Origin: Verrucomicrobiota bacterium
GTDB taxonomy: Bacteria; Verrucomicrobiota; Verrucomicrobiia; Limisphaerales; PALSA-1396
Assembly: GCA_016200005.1 (NCBI GenBank)
Contig: JACQFP010000027.1
Coordinates: 1,437-65,436, forward strand
Length of the DNA stretch: 64,000 bases
Reading direction: 5' to 3'
Positions within the stretch are counted from its first letter, which is position 1. Each line of letters starts with the position of its first letter. Position numbers and translations under genes: made by a program. Shown piece by piece: positions 30,625-40,310 of this stretch. The notes beneath the pieces are model-generated. The model did not search any database, was not told the DNA's origin, and worked only from the letters and a program-made list of their open reading frames with translations.

Positions 30625-32490
30625 ATGTGCGGCATCGTCGGCTACGTCGGCAGGCACGACGCAGTTCCCATCATTCTCGAAGGACTGCGACGATTGGAAT
30701 ATCGCGGCTACGACAGCGCCGGGCTTTCCGTGCTGTGCGATGGCGCACTGCAAACGCGCAGGAAAAAGGGGAAAATTGACGAGGGTCTCGCCAAACTCCT
30801 CGAAGCGAGCACGGTGAGCGGCCAGATCGGCGTCGGCCACACGCGTTGGGCCACGCACGGCCCGCCCTCGGATGACAACTCGCATCCACACCTGGATCAA
30901 AGCGGCAAGATCGCCGTCGTCCACAATGGGGTCATCGAAAACTACGACCGCATCAAGGAACGGCTGCTCCAGGACGGGCATCAATTCCACTCCTCCACCG
31001 ATACCGAAGTGCTGGCACATTTGATCGGCGAACATTATGAAAAGACAAAAGGCCGGCCCAACAATGAACGGACTCACCACCCACTCACCCTTTCCATCAT
31101 CAACGCCCTCAAGGAAGTCATCGGCACCTATGGCATCGCCGTCGTCAGCGCGGACCATCCGGGCTTGATCGTCGGCGCGCGACGCGGGTCGCCGCTCCTC
31201 ATCGGAGTCGGTGACAAGGAGAACTTCCTCGCCAGCGACGCCAACGCGATTATCGCACACACGCGCAAGGTGGTTTATCTGAACGATTATGACGTGGCAG
31301 AAATCACCGCCGACCAATTTCACGTCACCAATCTAGGCGCGGACACGGCGAAAGTGCAGATCAGCCAGCTCGAATTCAGCCCCGAAGCCGTCGAACGCGG
31401 CGCGTTTCCGCATTTCATGCTCAAGGAAATCTTCGAGCAGCCGCGAACAGTGGAAAACGCCATTCGTGGACGCATTGACCATGAGGAAGCCACCGCCAGG
31501 TTTGGCGGATTAAACCTGTCCACGACGGAGTTGCGCGCGGTGGATCGCCTGGTGCTCACCGCCTGCGGCACAAGCTGGCACGCCGCGCTCGTCGGCGAGT
31601 ATTTGATCGAGGAACTGGCGCATATCCCGGTCGAGGTTGAATATGCCAGCGAATTCCGCTATCGCAACGCGCCGTTGGAGAAAAACACACTGGTGCTGGC
31701 CATCACGCAGTCAGGCGAAACGGCCGATACCCTTGCCGCGTTGCGCGAAGCGAAGCGGCGCGGGCACAAAGCGCTGGCCATCTGCAATGTCGTCGGCAGC
31801 ACCATCGCGCGCGAAGCCGACGGCGGTATTTATCTGCACGCCGGGCCGGAGATTGGCGTGGCGTCCACGAAAGCGTTCACGTCGCAAGTGTCGGCGCTGA
31901 CGCTGCTGGCGCTGTTCATGGGACGCATCCGGATGTTGTCCTCCAGTCGTGGCAGGCAACTGATTCGCGCCTTGGAAGCCCTGCCGCAACAGATCGAGAG
32001 CGTCCTCGCACAAAACGATCATATCAAACGCATCGCCTTGAATTATTCCCAGGCCGGAGATTTCTTTTTCATCGGGCGACAATATAATTTTCCGGTGGCC
32101 CTGGAAGGCGCGCTCAAGCTGAAGGAGATTTCCTACATCCACGCCGCCGGTTATCCCGCGGCGGAGTTGAAACACGGGCCCATCGCCCTGATTGATGAAA
32201 AGACTCCGAGCGTGGTCCTCATTCCGTCGGATGCGCTCTACGAGAAAGTCCTGAGCAACTTGCAGGAGATCAAAGCGCGGCACGGTCCGCTCATCGCGCT
32301 CGCCACGGAAGGCAACAACCGCCTCGCCAAACAAGTGGATGAAATCATTTACCTGCCGGCGGCCATGGAACAGATTTCACCCTTGCTCGCCGTTGTTCCC
32401 TTGCAACTGCTCGCCTACCACATCGCCGTGGCGCGCGGCTGTGACGTGGACAAACCGCGCAATCTTGCCAAGAGCGTGACCGTGGAATGA
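30625..32490 (+). CDS. glmS: Glutamine--fructose-6-phosphate aminotransferase (isomerising)
   Basis: MCGIVGYVG N-terminal nucleophile start at 30625 (in frame with the 29245..32490 track ORF); two SIS domains; C-terminal KSVTVE. Confidence 0.9.
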   Translation: MCGIVGYVGRHDAVPIILEGLRRLEYRGYDSAGLSVLCDGALQTRRKKGKIDEGLAKLLEASTVSGQIGVGHTRWATHGPPSDDNSHPHLDQSGKIAVVHNGVIENYDRIKERLLQDGHQFHSSTDTEVLAHLIGEHYEKTKGRPNNERTHHPLTLSIINALKEVIGTYGIAVVSADHPGLIVGARRGSPLLIGVGDKENFLASDANAIIAHTRKVVYLNDYDVAEITADQFHVTNLGADTAKVQISQLEFSPEAVERGAFPHFMLKEIFEQPRTVENAIRGRIDHEEATARFGGLNLSTTELRAVDRLVLTACGTSWHAALVGEYLIEELAHIPVEVEYASEFRYRNAPLEKNTLVLAITQSGETADTLAALREAKRRGHKALAICNVVGSTIAREADGGIYLHAGPEIGVASTKAFTSQVSALTLLALFMGRIRMLSSSRGRQLIRALEALPQQIESVLAQNDHIKRIALNYSQAGDFFFIGRQYNFPVALEGALKLKEISYIHAAGYPAAELKHGPIALIDEKTPSVVLIPSDALYEKVLSNLQEIKARHGPLIALATEGNNRLAKQVDEIIYLPAAMEQISPLLAVVPLQLLAYHIAVARGCDVDKPRNLAKSVTVE

Positions 32491-32612
32491 ACGACGGGTG
32501 ATGTCCTGCCTGATTTGAGGGCTGATTTTTCCCGCTAGACTTCCCGGCCCAATGCTGTAAAAAGGAAGAAATCTCGACACTCAATCTTTGAAAATAAACA
32601 AGTAAGCAGAAT

Positions 32613-33467
32613 ATGAAAATGGAAACAAAACGGCATTTGATCACCCTTCTGGGTTTTGCGTTGTGCGCCAGTCTGGTTCACGCTGACGACCAGTCCGCCT
32701 TGAAAACCGAGAAGGAGAAGGTCAGTTACGGCATCGGCATGAACATCGGCAGCAACCTCAAACGTCAGTCCTACGATGTGGAGGTCGATTTGATCGCGAA
32801 GGGCATCAAGGACGTTCTCAGCAGCAACACCACTCTGTTGACCGAACAACAGGCGCAGGAAGCCATCATGAGTTATCAGAAGGAATTGCGCGCCAAGCAG
32901 GAGGAGAAAAACAAACAACTCGCGGAAAAGAATAAAAAGGCCGGCGAGGATTTTCTGGCCGCCAACGCCAAGAAACCCGGCGTCGTTACCCTGCCCAGTG
33001 GGTTGCAATACAAGGTGATCACCGAAGGCACGGGCGACGTTCCCAAAAACGGCGACACTGTGACCGTGAATTACAAAGGCACGTTGATCGATGGAACGGA
33101 ATTCGACAGCTCCTACAAACGGGGGCAGCCAGCAACCTTCAACGTGAACGGCGTCATCAAGGGCTGGACCGAAGCGTTGCTCATGATGAAGACCGGCTCC
33201 AAACAGGAATTGTATATTCCGGCCAGTCTGGCTTATGGCGATCGCGGGCAGGGTGCCAAGATTGAACCCGGCTCGACGTTGATTTTCGAGGTCGAACTGG
33301 TTTCCACCAAGTCACCGCAACCAACCACCAGCGACATCATCAAGGTGCCGTCAGCCGAGGAACTCAAAGCCGGCGCGAAGATCGAAGTGATCAAGCCGGA
33401 AGATGTCAACAAAGCGAAAGCCGAAGAAGCCAAGCCGGCCAAGCCGGAAGACGCGAAGCCGAAGTAA
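32613..33467 (+). CDS. FKBP-type peptidyl-prolyl cis-trans isomerase (FkpA-like, secreted, Lys/Pro/Glu-rich tail)
   Basis: Signal peptide; FKBP core (YKGTLIDGTEFDSSY...GWTEALLMMKTG...LIFEVELV). Confidence 0.85.
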   Translation: MKMETKRHLITLLGFALCASLVHADDQSALKTEKEKVSYGIGMNIGSNLKRQSYDVEVDLIAKGIKDVLSSNTTLLTEQQAQEAIMSYQKELRAKQEEKNKQLAEKNKKAGEDFLAANAKKPGVVTLPSGLQYKVITEGTGDVPKNGDTVTVNYKGTLIDGTEFDSSYKRGQPATFNVNGVIKGWTEALLMMKTGSKQELYIPASLAYGDRGQGAKIEPGSTLIFEVELVSTKSPQPTTSDIIKVPSAEELKAGAKIEVIKPEDVNKAKAEEAKPAKPEDAKPK

Positions 33468-33660
33468 GGGCTTCCCGACCAGAAAAGTTAGTTCGTTTGT
33501 AGCCGTAGAAGACCCTGCTTGGAACAACTCGGGGGGACGACACGCGCTATTCTCACGCGTTTCGCAATTTCGCCAATCAACCGCGCATCATTCTACTTTC
33601 GCGCACGCGTGAATTTCAAAGTGGCGTCCGCCTGAACCGATGACCAGCAGCTTCATTGCA

Positions 33661-34128
33661 TCAACAGCGAACTTTCAGTCCCTCAAGCGCGGCGAGTTTT
33701 GACGCCTTGGGATCAAAGCTCCAAAAAGTGTCGCACTTGAGCGCGAGCGCTGAGGCAACGTGAAGCAAATCGTAGGTGCGGAAGCCATGCCGCGCGGTGT
33801 GGCGCAATGCGAGTTCCTCGAATTGCCGCTCCAGATTGCCGATGGGTACAACCGCGTTGCGGATAAAGCTCTCCTTCGTCAGGTCGTCTCGGAAATTTGC
33901 CTGCGCCAGCGCCGCCTGCTCCGCTGTGACAAAATGTTGTCCCGGCGAACGGCCGAAGAAAACGTGAAGTTGAAACGCGTTGATGACTTCCAAACGATGC
34001 AGCCATGTCACCGGTAGCGGACCGGTCGCACCTCGCTCCGCTCGCGCCACCAAGCGGTCAGCTTCGGTACTGTCCGGCAGTTCCAGGTACGTGCGGGTGA
34101 AAAAGTTGGTGTCGGCGTAGGGAGTCAT
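33661..34128 (-). CDS. vapC: PIN-domain ribonuclease toxin (VapC family)
   Basis: N-terminal YADTNFF with acidic residues typical of PIN; 155 aa; ATGA overlap with upstream antitoxin. Confidence 0.7.
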   Translation of the reverse strand: MTPYADTNFFTRTYLELPDSTEADRLVARAERGATGPLPVTWLHRLEVINAFQLHVFFGRSPGQHFVTAEQAALAQANFRDDLTKESFIRNAVVPIGNLERQFEELALRHTARHGFRTYDLLHVASALALKCDTFWSFDPKASKLAALEGLKVRC

Positions 34129-34403
34129 TCGCCGCGAATGAGTTTGTCCACCTTGCGAACTTGGGCGGCAGGAATCATCTTGGGAAAAATCGCCCGCCGG
34201 CGCGCGGCAAAATCCGGCAACGTGATGGTCTTGCGGGCGGACGCCTCCGATTGGATGGAATAAATGCGGCCGTCGCGGCGCTTGACCTGCACCACGCCCT
34301 CGCGGTCGCAGGCATCCAGCACCGTTGCTGGCTCGCGGTCAAGTTGTCGCACAGTGAAAGTCTTCATGTCGGACAATATGTCGGCGCTGGCCGATTTAGT
34401 CAA
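34125..34403 (-). CDS. Type II antitoxin (Phd/VapB-like; likely start MKTFTVRQL at ~34367)
   Basis: Small ORF overlapping the vapC start by 4 nt; MKTFTVRQLDREPATVLDACDREGVVQV resembles prevent-host-death family antitoxins. Confidence 0.6.
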   Translation of the reverse strand: MTKSASADILSDMKTFTVRQLDREPATVLDACDREGVVQVKRRDGRIYSIQSEASARKTITLPDFAARRRAIFPKMIPAAQVRKVDKLIRGE

Positions 34404-34537
34404 GCATCGACTGCGCTTCGAATCCTGGCGCCGTAGGCGCGAAGACTTTGTCGGACCAACACCAACACTGAATTTGGTTCCCTTGGGAGCGGCTTAAGGC
34501 AAATGTCACTCCTGATGGCGCTTGGAAATTGTTTCGG

Positions 34538-34650
34538 GCGGGTTCTACAAAGATGACGCCCCTGACGGGGCTAACAGCGAGTGCGTGCCGGGCGACTGCG
34601 CCAGTTTCCAAATCGGCGAGTGCTCGCGCCCACCTGAACCGATGACGAGG
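34538..34650 (-). pseudogene. purD: 5' remnant of phosphoribosylamine--glycine ligase (purD) gene: MKLLVIGSGGREHSPIWKLAQSP... then stop after 37 codons (coordinates +/- 3 nt)
   Basis: Translation matches the conserved PurD N-terminus (MKxLVIGSGGREHALAWKLAQSP); no PurD body follows. Confidence 0.55.
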
Positions 34651-34738
34651 AGCTTCATGAAAGGCTTTTCCGCAGATTACGCAGATGGCGTGCTTTTAGA
34701 AAGTCGAATTTCCAACTGAAATGATCCCCATTCATGAC

Positions 34739-35386
34739 CTATTTGAATGGAAGGCTGCTAAACTCGACGGGCGCGGTTTTCTTTTGGTCATCAGCCTCCT
34801 TTGGCAAATATCGCAATGCAAGCCGCGCCGCACGGAAGAAATTGGGCAGCGGCTCTGTGCCTATCCATGTTGCGAGTTTAATTCGTCTGACACCGCCGCC
34901 AGCCTTGCGAACCTCAGCGTCAAAGTGCGCAGTCACTGAATCACGTTCTGCGAGAGGAACGAGGCGGAGTCGCTCCGTGAACAAACGATTCGCATTATGA
35001 AAGCTGGTGGCAAATGGGCAGGTCGCGCTACCGCTCGGCCATTTCAGTACGAAGGCCAGGTTCCCCGTAGCTCTGCCTGGGATTCTCCGATTTCGTGAGA
35101 TGATGCGGCTGACGCGCGTATCGGATGTCTTCTCGGAAGCCAGCACATCTGCCGTGACGTAAAAGGGAGCATTCACCCCGCCTACCGATTTAATTCGGAG
35201 CGCAGCGACCCCAGCGCCTCTCAGCTTAAGCTCGTATGCTTCATCTGGGAGCGGTCGTTCGACACAACAAAAACTGATTGTTTTCGGGAATGAAACCGAA
35301 TAACTCGGATTTGGCCGAACCCTGCCGCTCTGCGACTTTATCTTGATAGGGCAAAGTTTCTTGCCGTTTTGCAGGAGATAATCCAT
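34739..35386 (-). CDS. Hypothetical protein (215 aa) in lower-GC (~52%) segment between purM and the purD remnant/TA cassette
   Basis: Longest ORF of the segment, codon usage shifted; no family recognised. Confidence 0.4.
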   Translation of the reverse strand: MDYLLQNGKKLCPIKIKSQSGRVRPNPSYSVSFPKTISFCCVERPLPDEAYELKLRGAGVAALRIKSVGGVNAPFYVTADVLASEKTSDTRVSRIISRNRRIPGRATGNLAFVLKWPSGSATCPFATSFHNANRLFTERLRLVPLAERDSVTAHFDAEVRKAGGGVRRIKLATWIGTEPLPNFFRAARLALRYLPKEADDQKKTAPVEFSSLPFK

Positions 35387-35399
35387 GTCTGCATCGTTG

Positions 35400-36467
35400 C
35401 TAACTCACGCGCGCCTCGCCTTTGCCCTTCACCACTTCGCCGATGAGCCAGGCTTTGTGCTTTCCCACGCGGATAAATCTCAGCACGGTATCTGCCTTGT
35501 CCGCCGACACAATGGCGACCATGCCGATGCCCATGTTGAAGACTTGATACAATTCATCGTCCGGCACACCGCTCTTTTCTACGATGATCTGGAAGATTCG
35601 CAACATGTCCCACGAGCCTTTGCGGATGACGACGTCGCAATTCTTCGGCAACACGCGCGGTATGTTGTCGACAAAACCACCGCCCGTGATGTGGGCAAAT
35701 GCTCTGATTGAATATTGAACGTTGGATGTTGAGCGTTGAGCGTTGAAACGCCGCAACAACTTTTGCACGAGCGGGCCGTAGCTGACATGGACTTTAAGCA
35801 ACTCAGCGCCGATCGTATTCTTCAACTCCGCCACGTAGCCCTCCGGCTTGAGCTTCATCTGTTCGAAAAAGATTTTCCGCGCCAGTGAGTAGCCGTTGGT
35901 GTGCAGTCCGCTCGACGCGATTCCGATGACGACGTCCCCTGCCCTCACCGTTTTCTGGCCGTTGAGCATTTTGGATTTCTCCACAACGCCAACGATCGTG
36001 CCGCTCACATCATATTCGCCCGGCGCGTAAAAGTCAGACATCTGCGCCGTCTCACCACCAACCAGTGCGCAGTGATTCTCCACGCAACCACGGACGAAGC
36101 CCGTGATGATCTGCTGGAAGACGTGCGGCTTCAACTTTCCGGTGCCGAGATAGTCGAGAAAGAAGAGCGGCTCCGCGCCCAGCACCGCTATGTCGTTGAC
36201 GCAATGGTTGACGAGATCGTGGCCAATGGTGTCGTGCCGGTCCATCGCGAAGGCGATTTTCAATTTCGTGCCGACGCCATCGACGCTCGAAACGAGCACG
36301 GGCTGCTTGAACTTCTTTACGTTCAACGCGAACAGCCCGCCAAACCCGCCCACTTTGCCGAGCACTTCCGGGCGATGCGTGGAGGCGAGGAGCTCTGGTA
36401 GAGTGGCTTTGAGACGGTTGCCTAAATCGATGTCCACTCCGGCGGCCGCGTAAGCTTTTTGTTTCAT
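35400..36467 (-). CDS. purM: Phosphoribosylformylglycinamidine cyclo-ligase (AIR synthase; start placed at MKQKAYAAAGVDID)
   Basis: AIRS N/C domain motifs (GVDIDLGN, DGVGTK, HITGGGF); the track ORF has a 78-codon upstream extension. Confidence 0.85.
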   Translation of the reverse strand: MKQKAYAAAGVDIDLGNRLKATLPELLASTHRPEVLGKVGGFGGLFALNVKKFKQPVLVSSVDGVGTKLKIAFAMDRHDTIGHDLVNHCVNDIAVLGAEPLFFLDYLGTGKLKPHVFQQIITGFVRGCVENHCALVGGETAQMSDFYAPGEYDVSGTIVGVVEKSKMLNGQKTVRAGDVVIGIASSGLHTNGYSLARKIFFEQMKLKPEGYVAELKNTIGAELLKVHVSYGPLVQKLLRRFNAQRSTSNVQYSIRAFAHITGGGFVDNIPRVLPKNCDVVIRKGSWDMLRIFQIIVEKSGVPDDELYQVFNMGIGMVAIVSADKADTVLRFIRVGKHKAWLIGEVVKGKGEARVS

Positions 36468-36595
36468 CGTAAAATGCGGCGCGATTATTCCGTTGCCAAC
36501 TCGCCACTGTCGAGTCTGGAAATGCACGAGGGTTTTTGATTTGCGACGCGCCAGCGATTCATTAACCTCCTCAGCACATTCAACAACAACGCAAC

Positions 36596-37489
36596 ATGAA
36601 AACCAATCGCCGCCAATTTTTGAGAAATGCCGGGATGGGTCTGGGCACGATCGGAGTGATCGGCCAATCCACTTTTGCCGCCGAAGCGCCAAAGCAACCA
36701 AGCTTCATTACTCGCTCATCCAAAATGAAGCTCGGCACCGTCACCTACAACATCGCCAAGGACTGGGATGTCCCGACGATCATCAAGTACTGCACCGAAA
36801 CGAAATTCCAGGGCGTCGAGCTGCGCACCTCCCATGCGCATGGTGTGGAGGTGACGTTGAACACACACCAGCGTGAGGAAGTGAAACAGCGTTTCCGCGA
36901 TTCGCAGGTTGAATTGATGGGCCTCGGCAGCGCGTTTGATTTTCATACTCCCGACCAGGCCAAGCTGCGCGCGGAGATTGCGGCCACCAAGCAATACATC
37001 ATCCTTGCTCACGATGTCGGCGCTCCCGGCGTCAAGGTTCGCCCCAACGGTTTGCCCAAAGAAGTGCCGCCGGAGAAGACGCTGGAGCAGATCGGCAAGT
37101 CGCTGCATGAACTCGGCGACTTCGGCGACAATCACGGCGTGCAAATGCGCCTGGAAGTTCACGGCCAGGCCACGTCGCTCGTGCCCAATATCAAGACCAT
37201 CATGGACGTGGCCAACCACAAAAGCGTCGGTGTTTGCTGGAACTCCAATCAGAGCGACCTCGAAGGCGAAGGTTTCGACCATAACTTCAATCTCGTGAAG
37301 GACAAGATTTTCACCGTCCACATGCGCGATCTTTATCTCGACGAGTATCCGTTCCGTAAACTGCTGACGCGCCTGAACGAAAACGGCTTCACTGGTTATT
37401 GCCTGGCCGAAATTCCGGAGAGCAAAGATCCGCTGCGGGTGATGAGATATTTCCGTTCGCTCTGGCTCGCGTATCAGAATTTGCTCTGA
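36596..37489 (+). CDS. Sugar phosphate isomerase/epimerase (xylose isomerase-like TIM barrel) with Tat signal
   Basis: RRQFLRNAGMGLG twin-arginine motif; TIM-barrel AP-endonuclease-2-like body. Confidence 0.65.
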   Translation: MKTNRRQFLRNAGMGLGTIGVIGQSTFAAEAPKQPSFITRSSKMKLGTVTYNIAKDWDVPTIIKYCTETKFQGVELRTSHAHGVEVTLNTHQREEVKQRFRDSQVELMGLGSAFDFHTPDQAKLRAEIAATKQYIILAHDVGAPGVKVRPNGLPKEVPPEKTLEQIGKSLHELGDFGDNHGVQMRLEVHGQATSLVPNIKTIMDVANHKSVGVCWNSNQSDLEGEGFDHNFNLVKDKIFTVHMRDLYLDEYPFRKLLTRLNENGFTGYCLAEIPESKDPLRVMRYFRSLWLAYQNLL

Positions 37490-37493
37490 TCGC

Positions 37494-38738
37494 TTAATCC
37501 GGCAGCGGTTTTCCTTTGGTCTCCGGCGCCAGCCAGATCAGGAACAAACCCAACGCGTAAATCAACGTCACGACCGCGCCCGCCTGCGCATAACTGCCGC
37601 CGTAATGCGTCACAAGCTGGCCTTGCGTTATGGCGCCGACGGCGGCAAGAATCCGTCCCGCGTTGAAGCAAAGTCCCTGACCCGTCGCGCGCGACCGCGT
37701 GGGAAACAACTCCGGCAAATACAACGGGAGCCAGCCATAAAACGCCGCCGTAAACGCGCCGGCCAAAAATGCGCCGACGATGAACGCGGCTCCGAATTCA
37801 CTTACCGCGCGAAACAGCACACCGCAGGTGATCAGCGAACCGAGACACAGCGCAAAATACGCCGGTCGCCGCCCCATCCGCGCGCCAATCGCCGGCCCAA
37901 TGAAACAACCGATTATGGCGCCGACCGACATAACGAACATCGTGATACCTTTGACTTGTGGCAACGCCTTGCCCGCCATTTTATCCGCCCACAACGGCAG
38001 CCATTGCACCGAACCCCAGGTGCCGATCAAGGCCACGGACGCGAAAGCGATGGCCAGCAACGTCGTCTTCCACAGGTTGCGCCCGAAAACTTCGGCGAGC
38101 GGATGCGTCGTGCGGGTCTTCACCGCTTCCTTCCAGCGATGCGATTCCGGCACTTTGAGACTGATCCATAATGCGAGCAATGCCGGCACCGCTCCCGCCA
38201 GCATCACCCAGCGCCACGAATCCGGCTTCACCGGGATGATCCAGGTCATCAGGCCGATCAGCGCGTAACCAAAGTTCGCCGCCGCGCCGATGACTCCGGC
38301 CATGAGCGGACGCTTGTCTTCCGGCCAACACTCCATCACCAACGCCACTCCGAGCGACCACTCTCCACCCATGCCCAACGCCGCAAAGAACCGAAACAGC
38401 CCAAACTGCCACGCCGCGCCTGCAAAGTAACACGCCCCGGTAAAGATCGAATACGTGATGATGCTGGTCACCATCGCGCGCACACGACCCAGCTTGTCCC
38501 CGAGCCAGCCGAAGAGAAGCCCGCCGGTCGCTGCGCCCATTAAGAACAAGGCCGTGATGTAGCCCATCCACGGGCCGACCTGCTGGTCGGCCTGGGTGCC
38601 GAGCAATTCCTGCAACGCGGGCCGCGCGACGACGGGGAAGATCGCCATCTCCAAACCGTCAAACATCCACCCTAAAAATGCCGCGACCAACACCAGCCAC
38701 TGGGCTTTGTCGATTTTTGCAGTCTCAGTCATTGGCAT
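37494..38738 (-). CDS. MFS transporter
   Basis: 12 predicted TM helices, MFS motif GWLGDKLGRVR between TM2-3. Confidence 0.75.
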   Translation of the reverse strand: MPMTETAKIDKAQWLVLVAAFLGWMFDGLEMAIFPVVARPALQELLGTQADQQVGPWMGYITALFLMGAATGGLLFGWLGDKLGRVRAMVTSIITYSIFTGACYFAGAAWQFGLFRFFAALGMGGEWSLGVALVMECWPEDKRPLMAGVIGAAANFGYALIGLMTWIIPVKPDSWRWVMLAGAVPALLALWISLKVPESHRWKEAVKTRTTHPLAEVFGRNLWKTTLLAIAFASVALIGTWGSVQWLPLWADKMAGKALPQVKGITMFVMSVGAIIGCFIGPAIGARMGRRPAYFALCLGSLITCGVLFRAVSEFGAAFIVGAFLAGAFTAAFYGWLPLYLPELFPTRSRATGQGLCFNAGRILAAVGAITQGQLVTHYGGSYAQAGAVVTLIYALGLFLIWLAPETKGKPLPD

Positions 38739-38879
38739 ATTTCGGCTCGGATTTGTTGGCGGTTGTGCATCGTGTGGTTCGTTGGAACGGCATAACGAAA
38801 TGGCTTCAAAGCGCCGAGGTCAATGCTTAATTTGGAAATTAGAATTTGCGGGGCGCTCAGTTTATGACTAAATAACCTT

Positions 38880-40109
38880 ATGCGCTGGCGAATGATTTTC
38901 CTCATCTCGGCGGCTATGAACGTAGCCTTGGCTGCGGCCTGGTATTTTTCCATCGGGCGGCCGTCGTCGAGCACCTATTCCATCAGCATCCCTTTCGGAT
39001 CATCGGCTTCCACCACCAATCTAATCAAGACCAACATCGTCGTCCGTCGCCAGTTCTTCACGTGGCGCGAAGTGGAATCGTCCGACTATCCCACGTACAT
39101 CGCCAACCTGCGCGACATCGGTTGTCCGGAACAAACCATTCGCGACATCATCGTGGCCGACGTCAATCAACTTTACGCGCAAAAACGCGCCACTGAAATC
39201 ATGACCGCCGACCAGCAATGGTGGCGCTCGCAACCCGACACCAACCTCGTGGCAGCGGCGGCCGCCAAACTTCGCGCCCTCGAAGCGGAGCGGCGCGCGC
39301 TCCTGACCCGCCTGCTGGGTCCAAACTGGGAACCGCCTGAGTTGACCGGTGTTTTCACCAACCTTCCACCCTCGAAAAGTGGCGTGGTGCTTAACGGCCC
39401 GGTTCTCGGCGCTCTCTCAGCAGAGACCAAGGAAGCCGTGCAAGCCATCAGTGCGCGGGCGGCGGAGCGGGCGCAGGCGTATCTCGAAGCGCAACGCGCC
39501 GAAGGCAAGTCACCCGATCCCGCAGAACTGGCACGTCTCCGCCAGCAAACGCGCGATGAACTCTCGCGCATCCTGACGCCGCAACAGGTTGAAGAATTCC
39601 TCCTGCGCTATTCCGCCAATGCCGCCACTCTCCGCAATGAACTGCGCGGCTTCGATGTCACCCCGGATGAATTCCGCAATCTTTTCCGCGCGCGCGATGC
39701 CATCGATCAGCAGATTGCGCTTTATTACAGCGGCGACGACCCCGCCAGCTTGCAACAACGCAAACAATTGGAAGCACAACGCGACGCAGCCATGAAGCAA
39801 GCGCTGAGTCCCGACCGCCTCGAACTCTATCAGCTCAGCAAAGATCCCGGCTTCCAGCAGGCGCAGGCGACAGCGCAGAAATATGGCACGCCGCCGGAGG
39901 CCGTTCTGCCGCTTTACCGCATCAACCAAGCCGTCGAACAGGAGCAGCAACGCATCCGTACCGATCCTACCCTCAGCGCTGAACAACGGCTGGAACAATT
40001 ACAGGCGGTGCGCGCCGACCATGAAAAATCCCTGCTCGCCATTCTGGGCGAAGATGGCTTCAAACGCTACCAGCAGGAAACTAATTCCGCTCCTTCAAGA
40101 ACACCGTGA
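38880..40109 (+). CDS. Hypothetical membrane-anchored, highly helical protein (409 aa)
   Basis: N-terminal TM helix, A/E/Q/R-rich coiled-coil-like remainder; no family recognised. Confidence 0.45.
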   Translation: MRWRMIFLISAAMNVALAAAWYFSIGRPSSSTYSISIPFGSSASTTNLIKTNIVVRRQFFTWREVESSDYPTYIANLRDIGCPEQTIRDIIVADVNQLYAQKRATEIMTADQQWWRSQPDTNLVAAAAAKLRALEAERRALLTRLLGPNWEPPELTGVFTNLPPSKSGVVLNGPVLGALSAETKEAVQAISARAAERAQAYLEAQRAEGKSPDPAELARLRQQTRDELSRILTPQQVEEFLLRYSANAATLRNELRGFDVTPDEFRNLFRARDAIDQQIALYYSGDDPASLQQRKQLEAQRDAAMKQALSPDRLELYQLSKDPGFQQAQATAQKYGTPPEAVLPLYRINQAVEQEQQRIRTDPTLSAEQRLEQLQAVRADHEKSLLAILGEDGFKRYQQETNSAPSRTP

Positions 40110-40172
40110 GCGAATGCAAACCGATCGTGATGGTCGCCCTCGCTCAGATGACTTGTTTCCCTCCCGTGCCTC

Positions 40173-40290
40173 GCCCCGTGGAATAAACGCTTCGGGAACT
40201 CCGGCAGTCACGCGAGCTATTCCACGGGGCAAGCCCCGTGGAATAAAGGCTTCAGGAACTCGCCACGTCAGGATTGCTATTCCACGGGGC
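40173..40290. repeat. Tandem pair of REP-like palindromic elements (each ~58 nt: GCCCCGTGGAATA-loop-TATTCCACGGGGC)
   Basis: Two adjacent copies with 13-bp perfect stems and related loops; contain GTGG tetranucleotide; intergenic. Confidence 0.7.
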
Positions 40291-40310
40291 GAGCCTAAAT
40301 TCACCGCCTC

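Noticed and set aside
34396-34470. tRNA-like T-loop sequence GCTTCGAATCC just past the antitoxin gene
   Set aside because: The G53-C61 pair is missing and no acceptor/anticodon stems could be built. It is not a tRNA or tRNA fragment that I can support.
35700-35750. Apparent short tandem repeat GTTGAGCGTTGAGCGTTGAA
   Set aside because: Lies inside the purM coding sequence and simply encodes a short low-complexity stretch (NAQRSTSNVQ) upstream of the conserved HITGGGF motif. Not an independent element.
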